Shown here piece after piece: positions 22,411 through 33,944 of a stretch of 64,000 nt of DNA. This DNA comes from Heptranchias perlo (Eukaryota): NCBI RefSeq assembly GCF_035084215.1, contig NC_090360.1:5580001-5644000 (forward strand), written 5' to 3'. A program made the position numbers and the translations under genes. The notes under the pieces were generated by a model. The model saw nothing but the letters and a program-made list of their open reading frames with translations. It was not told the DNA's origin and ran no database searches. The first letter of the stretch is position 1; every line of letters starts with the position of its first letter.

Positions 22411-25400
22411 AACTTAAGTGACGAGTTTGATATAAAAATGTAATTTTAAAGGAAACTTAGTGGAGACAAAGAACACTTCACTACATTACCTTCTTTCTGT
22501 GCAGACCTATCACACCGTCATACCAAGCCTGCTGGTTTGGGGCTCTAGTGGTTGAGTTTTTTTTTGTGATCGTCTCAGTCAATATTGCTCTTGGTGGTTT
22601 GAAAGGGGCAGCATTGCATCCGTAGTTTCCACAGAAGTGCTTGTGTGTTGCTGCTGCACCAATGTTCAGCACCATGGAGTAGAAGGACACAAATTTAGTT
22701 CCTACACCCCCACTCTGCTGTGTTCTTGCACAGAAAGGTGCCAACCACAGAGCAGGCACACCCCTAACAGTGGGTTCTTTATAAGCAACCCTATCTTCTG
22801 CAGCTAGTGCATGGCATAGCAAGATCAAAACAAGGGAACAAAAAGTTTTTTTTTTTTTTTTTAAAAAGAGCCTCACCAAATGAAAAAATTAGTGTGTACT
22901 GATGCACCACAGAAGACAGTATGTGTGTGTGCAGGTTCCTCAGTCAAAGAATAGCTCCCTTGAGTCAAGCAGTGCTCAGGGCAACATGAAGCGGGGTCTC
23001 CAATGTTTCCTGCAGGACCCATGGGTACGTACCTCATCGGCATCACCACCAATCCAGCCCAGCCTGGAGAGCACCCGCACTCAAAAGGTCTTCAGACAGG
23101 TCGAAGAAAATTGATATTTTTGCAAAAACAAAATTCTGGCAAGACTATTTTTATCTACAAATAAAAGAAACCCCCTTTCTTAGATGTTACTTCTGTAACT
23201 TGCATTGATATTTGCAGGTCCCTTGAGTATTGTCTCTGACAGTGCCCTAACTTTTCACTAAGTGCATCAGCCAACTAAACAACTGGCATGAGACAACTAT
23301 TATGTAATTCTTTTATTGCAATCAATAAATCAATCAATCTCTGGGCAGTGCAGATAGTCAAACTTTGCCTTCCCTTAAAAATATAAGAATCCCTCCATTG
23401 TGTACAGTGTTGATTGCTCTGGATCCACTAGCTGTTATAATCAAGCAATAACAAAAGTGTTGTGAATGATGAGGCACTGGACCGACCGTTTACAAACTAG
23501 AAGTGAGGCTGCTCTGCTACCACGGCGGATGTTCGATTCATCCAAGAATAAAGGTGGTGACTCAATTCCAGAAAACAACATTTCAGGAATGGCAGCTTCA
23601 TTCTAAATCGGAGTCGCAAAAAAAATGTAGCAGAATTGCCAACAAAACAATGGTTGTGTGTATACAAACACAGTTTATGTACACGTACACACAAAGCAAA
23701 AACTTTCTACCACGGTTTGGTAGGTTATAAGTACGGAGGTAATCTGAAACGGCAAGTTTAAAGCAGAGTAGGAGACTGCACTGGATGACTGGGCAAGACA
23801 TGGCAAATACACCACTTACTCTCCACATACACAGGCACAGGAGTATTGATCCAAAGTATTAGCACCACACCAGGTGTCCCAATTACAGCTTTTGTCCAGA
23901 ATCATAAGCCTGTTTCATGATAATCTCTTAACAAAACCTAATTTAAATTTACATTACAGAACAAATGTATAAATTTAACAGTTGTCAAGATTATAAATAG
24001 AGGTATTGGGACTATTAATCTCAAATTTCACTTGTGGTTTGAGATTACACGAATCCTCAAATGCACTTGTGCCAGTTTAAAGAGTTAAAGATTGTTAGCA
24101 CACTTACACTTGTTCTCAAATGGACTGCAATTCTATTGTTGCATCAGACTGATCAAAGGTAATGAAGCTCAACTCCATTCTTCTCTTCCACCACCCTCAA
24201 GAGATGGGCAGCAGTAAATAAACTGTACAACACAGTGCCAAAAATAAATGCTATTTTTAGACTTGGGACAATGAAAGTCACATTTCTTATTACAGCACAT
24301 CACTCATCGGCACAACACACCAAAGAAACAGCACTGGAAATTTAACAAGGAAGTGGACAGTGATGCAGGAAATCACACAGCATGATTGGGGACTACAGAA
24401 TCCTTCTATGCTTCAGCATACCCAAACACCAACTCTCGACTTTGGGGACAACACTGTCACCACCTGCCGTCCAATGCAGCCAATAGATTAATGAAGTCTC
24501 CAAAGACATGGAACCCCTCTCCAAAGACATCTGGTTCTCAAGCGTAGAAACTGACCTGCTGGCTCTCTGGAAGGACATCGAGCATCCTATGCTATCTACA
24601 TTTCAGGCGAGGATTGGGAGGAGCTGCAAAGACCATGGAGGAAGTCGTGGCCAAAGATCACCGAGAAGACTGAGCACAACTTTCATGAATTCAAAGGAGC
24701 AGGACTCAAAAAAAGTGTGAATGCCATGCAGCTGAGTGCGAACCCAGAGGACAAGTTACTAAATAATGCTAGTAGCTGCTGCCAGAACAAGGGAGGAGAA
24801 AATTGATACCAATAATTAGAACAGCAAGCAGGAGGAAGAGGAGCAGTTAATTAGTACATTTAGAAGAGCAAACTGACTGAGGTAAAGAGTTTGCTTCATA
24901 TAGTTCCTAAGTCATGAAAAATATCAGATGATCAGCAATTCATTTCCTTCAAACTCCTGATGAACTATTTTCAAAACACCATGGTAGGTCCCCATTAGTG
25001 CAGATAGTAAGTGTTCTGTCTAGGTTAGAATTAACATTGCAGCACAGAACCAGAGTTTACATGTTGAAGATTTAACTAACCAATGACATCGTGCACAGGA
25101 TATACAGATCTACGCTACAGTTTTGAATACTTACAGCAACATAAAGACCACCTTAGTCTTCAAAACCGACCACATTTTGGACTTTTGCATCAGATGGTCT
25201 TTGAATGCTTTCACTCAACATACTGCAGCGTTTCTAGTTTTGTATACACCGAGTTGTTGATTTTTGAGGAACAGAAATTTACATCCGTCACCAGCATCGC
25301 CAATTTGAGAATTTCTGAATTATTGTCACAAGATACCCCGTTAAGATTTAATATACAATTTAATAAGCAGTTTTCATAATTTACTGATGCTATTATTAAA

Positions 25401-25908
25401 CTGCCACTGCAGAAGCTAAGGAGGTTCTGTCAGTAGAAGGAGTGGGCTGATGGCTTGAGGACCCTTTCTCATTCCACGCTTATGCTCCTGTTGGGAACGG
25501 ACCAGGTGGCTTTGCCCCAGCATTCACAGAAAAGATTCAGACTGATAGGAAAAATCCATTTAAATAATAAAAAAATTCAATAGAACAGCAAGAGGCTAAG
25601 CGTTTAAGCGGTTTGCATGGCAAAGGTTTCCCATTGTCCTGAAGTGGTTAGTAATAGTGACGAATCTAATCCAAAAAGTTTACTTTTAGCTCAACCGCTT
25701 GCCGATAAGTAACAGGTAAAAAAAAAGGCTGGCACAACACAGCCATTGTTCGATCTTTGTAGATGTGTCACTGCGGAACCCACCAATAATCTCTTCATCA
25801 CCGTATGAAAGTTTAGTCCTTGTATCAGTTCTCTAGTTTCTTTTCCAATGGCTTATGCTTCATCGTGCCATAGATGCATCACTAGTTACATCTTCAATGC
25901 AGCAAAGG

Positions 25909-25940
25909 TCACCGTTTCTCTAATTTCTTAAATTTGGCTT
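25909..25940 (-). CDS. BLOC1S2: BLOC1S2 exon 5 coding part ([10 protein letters not shown])
   Basis: tttttacag acceptor; TGA at 25911-25909. Confidence 0.93.
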
Positions 25941-28900
25941 CTGTAAAAATAGAACAATGCAGTGAGAACCCTGAACAAGAGGATTACTACCTGGAACAGG
26001 CTTCGAGAACACTTCACAAGAAACAAGGATTTGCATTTTCATCCATATATATGCGTTTGCACAAATATAGTGTTTGCACAAATATATGTGCCAGCTGGAG
26101 CTTGGCAAAATTTAGCCACATAACATGGTCACATTAGTTTCATGGAACAGGTAAAGGCCACACCTGATCGCCAAAAGGAGCATTTGATATCCAAGATAAG
26201 AAAATTCAAATCTTCCAACACAAGCTTGGGATATGCCCCATATTTCGCTACATCTACCCTACGTGGCTTGTATATCCCAGTGTTGAGCCACCTCATAGCA
26301 CATCACACAATTAATTCAGAAGTACAATGACAGACAAGCGAGCAGCCTTTTGAACACACAGACATCCACAAACAGCAATGAAACGAGTAACCAGTTAAAA
26401 ATTTGTCTTGGATGGTGTTGGTAAGGGGAGGAACGGTGATCAGGACATGAGTGGAACTCTCTGCTCTTCAAATATTGCCATGGGGACCTAGAATGTCCAC
26501 CTAAATAGGCAGCCGGGGCCTCCTTTTAACATCTCATCTGCCAATCTGCACCACCTGCCACTTCCTCAGTAACATACTGGAGTGAGCACTCAGATCATAA
26601 ACTCAACATTACGGAGCTCATAAACCATAGCTTCAGATTTAGAGACAGGAGTTCCACCAATTATTGCCCAAGAATTATGGCTTTTGCCCACGTTGTGGTC
26701 GTATTTGTAGCTCAAAATAAACCAATTTATAAACATGATCACAATAAATATACATACAATTTTGCTTTTATACTCTGCTCCCAGAGTGCTTACAAAGCAA
26801 GTAAATATTTTCTACCGGCAGTCTGTTATAAACTAAAAGAGCATAAATTCCCACCTAGCTTTTTGGAGTATGCATCCAGTCTGTATGCTGCTTGTTCCAG
26901 AGCTGCTACTTGTTCCTCAATCTGATTAATTTGATCAAGGTATGGCTGCAGACTGGCATCTAGAAGATAATCATGCAGATTTCAATCAACTGCCGAAGGC
27001 TACACGAGAAAGCTGAACAAATACAATTTTAAAAATGAAATGATCTGCAGTAAGCTGGTTCGACACCAGTAAACAACTGTAGAATGTAATCATACTTTGT
27101 TAGAGATGACTAATTTACCAGCAAAGGTTTAAAGTGAGATTGCTTGCAGAAAGCTGAGAAAATATGCCCCATCACTGCAGTGCTGATACAACCAATAGCT
27201 TCAACTTACAGGACACTAAAATAGATTAAATTTTCTTTCTCCTGCCACCTTTTCCTATCCATTCATTAACTTTCCACACATCCTCCCTTCAACAAAAATG
27301 ATCTGCTTCATGAGCTGTGCTACTCCAATTTGAACACTGACATCCTCTCTGACCCCCTGCTCTTGTATTGGAGCTACCTATTTGTACTTGGCATCCCTTA
27401 TTGAAAACTGGCCATACCAGCATCACCCCTGCAACCCAGTCCTTTGGCACCAATGTAAAACATCCAGACCTCAAAAGCATAATACACTTAAAACATGAGT
27501 TTATAAGTATGGTTGGATACCATTAACAAAATAAAGTATGATTAAACAATCCAATTCTACGTGACTCCAGGATGGTATGTTGCCTCCCTGGTGCTAGGGT
27601 CAAGGATGTCACGGAGCGGCTGGAGGGGGAGGGTGAACAGCCAGTAGTCTTGGTCCATATCGGTACCAACGACATAGGTTTAAAAAAAAGGGATGAGGTC
27701 CTGCAAGGTCAATTTAAGGAGTTAGGAGATAAATTAAAAAGCAGGACCTCAAAAGGTAGTGATCTCAGGATTACTACCAGTGCCACGTGCTAGTGAGTAT
27801 AGGAACAGGAGAATAGACTAGATGAATGCGTGGCTGCATGATGTAGGAGGGAGGGATTTAGATTCCTGGGACATTGGGACCGGTTCTGGGGAAGGTGGGA
27901 CCTGTACATGCAGGACGGGTTACACCTGAGCAGGACCGGGACCGATGTCCTCACGGGGGTGTTTGCTAGTGCTGTTGGGGAAGGTTTAAACTAGAATGGC
28001 AGGGGGATGGGAACCTGAGCAGGGAGAAACAAGGATAGAAACAAAAGACAAAGGGAAGAAGCAATAGTGGAAGGCAGAGAAAACAAGAGCAAAAAACAAA
28101 TAGGGCCATAGGGCAAAATAAAACTAAGATGACTAGCAATCTTAAAAAGACAAGTCTAAAGGCATTGTGTCTAAATGCGTGGAGCATTCTTAATAAGGTA
28201 GATGAATTAACAGCGCATATAGATATTAACGATTATGATATAGTTACGCTTATGGAAACATGGCTGCAGGGTGACCAAGGATGGGAACTGAATATCCAGG
28301 GGTATTTAATATTTAGGAAGGACAGGCAAAAAGGGAAATGAGGTGGGGTAGCATTGTTAGTAAAGGAGGAAATCAATGCAATAGCGAGGAAGGATACTGG
28401 CTCGGAAAATCACGATGTGGAATCTGTATGGGTGGAGCTAAGAAACACCATGGGGCAGAAAACGATGGTGGGGGTTGTCTATAGGCCCCCAAACAGTAGT
28501 GGAGATGTAGGGGAGGGCATTAATCAGGAAATTAGAGACGCATGCAAGAAGGGTACAACTATAACCATGGGTGACTTTAATCTACATATAAGATTGGTCA
28601 AACCAAATTAACAATAATACTTTGGGGAGGAATTCCTGGAGTGTGTACGTGATGGTTAACACTTGCTGTATATAACCTGGAGATAATCAGGTCAAACTGT
28701 CGATAAGAGACATCAAGCAGCTTCTAATCTAGAGGAATTAAGTTCCTCTAATTATTGAGGGGAACTCCCAATAATTAGCCTCCATTTAGCTACAAGACCT
28801 ATTTAGACAATTCCCTATGGGAGGACCGACCAATGGCCCAATGGGACCGACCAATGGCCCAATGGGACCGACCAATGGCCCAATGGGACCGACCAATGGC

Positions 28901-30475
28901 CCAATGGGACCGACCAAGTTAGCAGCTAAACATTATAATCATGTTCGGGCTCACCCATGAGCAACACCACGGAAACTAACTGCTCACTGGTAAAAATTAA
29001 AACGTCAAACACTCACATTTCTGATTGAGATCTTTGAGGTTGCGGTTAATATTAACAGCTATCTCCTTCATCTCCAGGTATTTAAGGCTAGTCAGTTTGT
29101 TCATGTTCTCCAAGAGTTTGTAATCTTCACAGGTAGCTAAAACATATAAAGAGTTTGAGGTGCATCAATAACTCAGTGATGAATTCTTTTTGTAGTGTGT
29201 AGTTCAGCAATAAGTCTGTTAAAGACAGCAACAGGTAAAAGTTTACTCCTGCCTATCCAAGGGAGACACTAGCATTGTTCAGCTTCAAAGTGTACAGCAA
29301 CAATCAGTAAGACATCAGAAGTTGGTTTCAAATGTGATCCCTCAGCCTATTTGATCTCATTCCTTCTACTATCCCATGTGGTGATTGTTGCAAACATTCC
29401 TTTTTCCCTCATATACTTAATAATTTGAAATTGGAACAATTTGCTATTAGTCAGACACTCAAAACAAAAGTACTAAGACGGAATGCAAAGGTTTGTAGGA
29501 AGATAAAACCAGTTTTCCAAGGTTCACAGCAATGCTGGAATCAAGTGCTTCCGAAACTGGATAAATGGTTAGTGGCGTGACACCTGATCGCTTTCATTGC
29601 TCTGAAAAAAAGATGCAAAGAACCATCATACTGGCGCAAAAGACGTGTTGCTCGAGTTGTAGAGCACTGCTCAGCGGTTTCGCCGCTGGACAACCAGTAT
29701 CAAACTAACCTGTGAGTTCCCCTTGCAGGTAGACAGCCATTTTGGTAAACATGTCATTACAGAGTTCGTTGATGTCTGGTTCGGATGGTTCTGTGGCTTC
29801 CTCTGCTGTTTCCACGCCAACATTATCTATTATTGGAGTAAAATTGTAACATAGCAATTACTGGTCGATGGACGCAGTGGTTCTCCAAAAAAAAAAGGGG
29901 AGATGATCCACAGAGAGGGACCCAAAGACCCACTATACCAATTTTTTTGACCAAAGGCCAATCAAAATTTTAAAGAAGCATCCCCACTCCAAACAATTTA
30001 AATTTTATTTTCTAAGACAAGGCAATTTTTAAAACTGAAATATTCCCACTTGTAAAACTAATGTTTTGTGTTTATGATGTTTGGGTTTATTTCTGTGGAG
30101 TCCCATTGGGTGACTGAAGCGACAATTTCTCTTTCTGGGAGTGCCCATGGACCTGGAAACTTTATAAACTTCATATAGCGCTTTCAGTGAGCTGGGGGCT
30201 GAGACCCCGCAGGTGGGAGTCTCCTCACCGCCAACAGGCCGAGTCAGAAGGCCGCCGTGGGGACAGCAGGACCGCGGGCCTCGCCTGGCCTGGTCCGGCC
30301 CTCTCCTCCCCCGGCTCGGCCCTCTCCTCCACCCCCCCTTACCGGTCTTCTTCACTCCTCCGACCGCCGCCTGACTGCTCCCCTTTGGGGGAGCGCCCGG
30401 ACTTTCCTCCACTGCCGGGCCTGTGCTGCCATCACCGAGCGACCGTCCTTGCTCCGGTGCCGTTACCGCCGCCAT
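25909..30475 (-). CDS. BLOC1S2: Biogenesis of lysosome-related organelles complex 1 subunit 2 (5 coding exons)
   Basis: Exons 30475-30343, 29826-29710, 29136-29017, 26959-26855, 25940-25909 splice in frame to ...[120 protein letters not shown]. Confidence 0.97.
26855..26959 (-). CDS. BLOC1S2: BLOC1S2 exon 4
   Basis: 105 nt, [34 protein letters not shown]. Confidence 0.96.
27560..28657 (+). mobile_element. CR1 LINE internal fragment (ORF1 SGNH esterase + ORF2 AP endonuclease), frameshifted
   Basis: [17 protein letters not shown]; LNAWSI, ETWLQ, VYRPP, MGDFN. Confidence 0.88.
28823..28917. repeat. Perfect 21-bp tandem repeat, about 4.5 copies
   Basis: (ggaccgaccaatggcccaatg)n in BLOC1S2 intron 3. 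Confidence 0.95.
29017..29136 (-). CDS. BLOC1S2: BLOC1S2 exon 3
   Basis: 120 nt, [19 protein letters not shown]..., ttttag / gtgagt. Confidence 0.96.
29710..29826 (-). CDS. BLOC1S2: BLOC1S2 exon 2
   Basis: 117 nt, [10 protein letters not shown]...LQGELT, donor gttagt. Confidence 0.95.
30343..30475 (-). CDS. BLOC1S2: BLOC1S2 exon 1 ([44 protein letters not shown])
   Basis: aagATGG Kozak context in CpG island; donor G/gtaagg, phase 1. Confidence 0.8.
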
Positions 30476-30479
30476 CTTC

Positions 30480-30665
30480 GCCTCATCGGTCATGTGACCG
30501 CGGCGCCCCAGACAACCGCTTTTAAAGGAAAGGTGGCAACCAATCGGCGTTGCCGGAATAGTCCACGTGACACAATACGGAGCGACCCCCGCCCCTTCTT
30601 CGTCTGACCAATCAGCAGGCGCTGGTGCGACCCCCACGTGGGAGCTCCCCTGTAACACGTGCGCT
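30480..30665 (-). promoter_or_regulatory. BLOC1S2 CpG promoter with M-box/CLEAR-type E-boxes and CCAAT boxes
   Basis: GGTCATGTGACC 30488-30499; CACGTG at 30564, 30635, 30656; CCAAT at 30540 and 30608; GC box near 30587. Confidence 0.75.
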
Positions 30666-30940
30666 CCAGCAGAGCAATGCTAACTGGACACAACCCTGCA
30701 AACACAATCAACTGATCCACAGTTATACCATTGCAGTGTGTCTTATAAAATTGTGATAAGCTTCCTTGTGGTCGATACAAAAAAAAATCAAATAAAAATA
30801 GTAAAATGCTGGAAGAGAACAACACAGCAATCACCATCCTAAAGAGGAACTGAATTAATATTTCAGGTGGAAATTCTGCAGCATAGAAATTACAGCACTG
30901 GAGACAATTTCTCCAGTTGCACCCATGCAGGTATCTTCCT

Positions 30941-31180
30941 CAAAAGCAAAATACTGCGGATGCTAGAAATCTGAACTCAAAACAGAAAATGCTGGAGAAG
31001 TTCAGCAAGCGTCTGTGGTGAAAAAAAGTTCTGACAAAAGGTCTTTGGCTTGAAACGCTAACTCTTGTTTCTTTCTCCACAGATGCTGCCTCACTTGTCC
31101 AGCATTTTCTACTTTCATTTCTGGTATCTTCCTTAGTTGGAGCTGCCTGAGCTATTGCCAGCACATTCTGCTTTTATTTC
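30941..31180. mobile_element. Penelope-like inverted repeat (family of 56842), degenerate ribozyme core
   Basis: Inverted arms aaaatactgcggatgct...; core mutated to CTGACAA. Confidence 0.7.
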
Positions 31181-31299
31181 ATTCTGCAATGACTCACATA
31201 GAAGTTAGAAGGTTTCTTTTAAGAAAAGGTAAAGGGCTCTTGCAAACTACTTTTTAAAATTTGCTATGTGATTTAGGCAAGCAGTTACCCATCCACCCA

Positions 31300-31347
31300 A
31301 ACTCTTGGCCACCTCACGTGTCATGGCACGTGAGGTGGCCAAGAGTT
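31300..31347. repeat. Inverted repeat, 21-bp perfect arms
   Basis: aactcttggccacctcacgtg - tcatgg - cacgtgaggtggccaagagtt. Confidence 0.95.
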
Positions 31348-32864
31348 CGGGTAGAAGGTAGACCCTTCTAAAGTTGCCATTTATTCAGTGTGGTAAGCCC
31401 TTGATTTTAGCATTGTTATGAACCTTGGAAAACTGGTTTTATGTTCTTCCCTACATACTATGTTGCTGCAAACTTTTGCATTCCATCTTAGTACTCATTT
31501 TGAGTGTTACCAAATTGTTCCAATTTCGAATTTAGTCAAAGTATATGGGGGGGTGGGGGAAGAGAAAGGAATAAGATATGTCCATAGGGCGAGACCCAGT
31601 GAAATGTTTGCAACGGGTAGTAGAGGCCAAAACATTAATGTGTAAAAGAGACTGGATGATATGTGAACATGATCTACACCATCAGTGAAGGGTCAAATGG
31701 TCTTTTACTTCCATAAGAATGTTAAATCTGAAGAATTGGGGACTAGGAGCCACTGTAGGGCATCAACAACTGGAATGATAAGTGTGACTTGGAAAGATAT
31801 AGGTAGCAGTTTTAGATGAGCAGAAGGTTAGAGTGGAGGATGCAAGGCCAGCCAGGAGAGCACTGGAATAGTCGAGTCTGGTGGTGATAAAAAGCATAGA
31901 TGAGTTAAAGTCTCATCCAAAGGACGACAGCACCTCCTGTGCAGCAAGACTGTCAGGCTAGGTTATGTGCTCAAGTCTCTGGAGCAGGGCTTGAATTTAC
32001 AACCTTCTGATTCAAGAGGCTAGAATGCTACCACTGAGCCCAATTGAAGCAACCTATTCTTGATGTTTTTAGTACAGGCATTGATAATTTTAGCTTCTTT
32101 GGATTTGTTTACTTTTCTCAATTATCCTCTTCTTCTGTTGACTATCTTCCTAGCTCTGCTTCTGAAATCACTTCCCCCATGCATCAGTTAAATGTATTTT
32201 GTCTTCTATATAAATATCTAGTTTCTTTGGTCCTGTCCTGTTTAGATGCAGCCCATCTCTTCTGTACCTAGTTTACCCATTATTTGTAGAAGCAGCAGTT
32301 TCACACTAATCATGGCAGCCACATTCTGCTTGTTAAGTTGCTTTGAGACGTCCTGAAGCAGTGATAAGGTACTATGGACATGCGAGTTCTCCATCATGAA
32401 CTTACTACCTCGACTAAAGCGTGGTAAGAATTCAGGATGCAACGGTTCCCAGTCTCTTCCCAGTTCTAGGCAGTATACTAATTGAATCTATAAAGGCAAC
32501 AAACTTGCCTAATTTATTATTTTTCAGGAAAAGCCTCATCTCCATTCTGTTTCTAACAAACCAGAAATCAGACCTCACTGCAGCGAGAACAAGTGCACAG
32601 ACTGACATCCTAATAGTGAAAACCCAAAACATCAGTACTCAAAACTTCAATTAAAGTAAGGCTGCAGATAAAAAAAATTGTGAAAATTGAGTTCCAGATA
32701 AGTTATTGCAGTAAGCTCATCACACCATAAATATGCTACTTAGCTGTGAAAAACCCTATTAAATGAGAGCATACTTTCCAATACAGTGGCAGAGAAGTTT
32801 GAATTTTTCTTTTGATAGGAGAGGGGGAATGAAGGTAGATGGAGTGTTAAAATGGAAGAGAAGC

Positions 32865-33247
32865 AAAGAACATGTACAAACGTTTTTATTTAATCACGCA
32901 GGAGGAGTTACAAATGGAAATATTTCACAGAGCTCATACAACAAAAACACATTTTCCCCTTACATCTGCCACACTGATCCACGATGTGCTCACCAGCAGT
33001 AAAACTAAATGGTGGTACATTATATTAGTTTAAAAACTTCACACAAGAACTTTGTCCCCTTTACAAAAAAATGTCACAGTCATCAAGTATTACTTGCATT
33101 TAAAAAGGAAAAATTACAAAGGAAACGTAAAAAGTCCACCAGATCCAATACTGCCCATAATGCAAAATAAAATCTGTGACAGGTTTCTTCACTTCTTAAA
33201 GGATTTCAAAGATGTCTAGTCCCTCTTGTTATAATAGTCACTGCCAC
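32865..33247 (-). other. Terminal non-coding 3'UTR exon of the hnRNP gene with polyadenylation signal
   Basis: Strong acceptor cccttctgttttccag at 33248-33249; U-rich UTR; AATAAA at 32890-32885; 3' end approximate. Confidence 0.75.
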
Positions 33248-33858
33248 CTGGAAAACAGAAGGGACAACAGCAAGGTTAAGCTTTTACCTCAGTTTTTAGG
33301 GCAGCACACACTAACCGTGTGAAGTACTGGGCTGGCCGAGACATGTTTACTCTTTTGTCAATATTGATTAGCAGAAAAAATTAGTTTGAAGAGCAAAACT
33401 ATGTTTTTGTTTGATTGGTAGCATCTTCAAGTCCTCCATGCTCTTGGGCCCAGCCTTCAGTTCTTAAGCCAACTGAATTTACAATACATAAACTATATTT
33501 CACACACTGCAGATGCTGTAAGAATATACAAGTCCATTAACATTACAGACATGAGTCACGCATCACTACTGAGCTATAGAAAGAAAAAAAGCAAGCATTA
33601 TTTAGCAATTGGTAGTACATTATCAAATTACACACTATTAAAAGAAAGCACAACTTGTAAGAACGGCTTTATCCATTGAAGAAACAGGAGGTCATGGCTA
33701 TATTACCACTTAACTTGAGCCTGTAAAGAAAATATGACTACATAATTTTATTTAAAAAAAGGAAAAACAATGTCTGCGTGAATGAAAGTGTATAATTAGA
33801 GTTTTTTTAAACTGTCTTTAATCTTTATGGTGAGACAGAAGGTTGGAAGAGACCATAC

Positions 33859-33944
33859 CACAGGGCATCTCGAATTCTGTCCACAATGTGCAGGCTTGTG
33901 CGAATCGTGTGGTCATGGTGACATGGCCTGCAATGAAGCTCCCA
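33859..33944 (-). other. 3'UTR cassette ('poison', NMD-inducing) exon of the hnRNP gene
   Basis: cctgccag acceptor, starts TGGGAGCTTCATTGCAGGCC, ends CCTGTG/gtatgg; resembles recalled HNRNPD exon 9 / HNRNPDL exon 8. Confidence 0.85.

Noticed and set aside
28823-28917. CRISPR-like array
   Set aside because: Head-to-tail repeats with no spacers, eukaryotic intron, no cas genes
30029-30658. 209-aa ORF (and overlapping + strand ORFs)
   Set aside because: Only the middle is BLOC1S2 exon 1; the rest is promoter and intron in a stop-poor CpG island
33248-33290. Donor GAG/gtaaaa near 33287
   Set aside because: Would define a 40-nt intron, too short for a vertebrate
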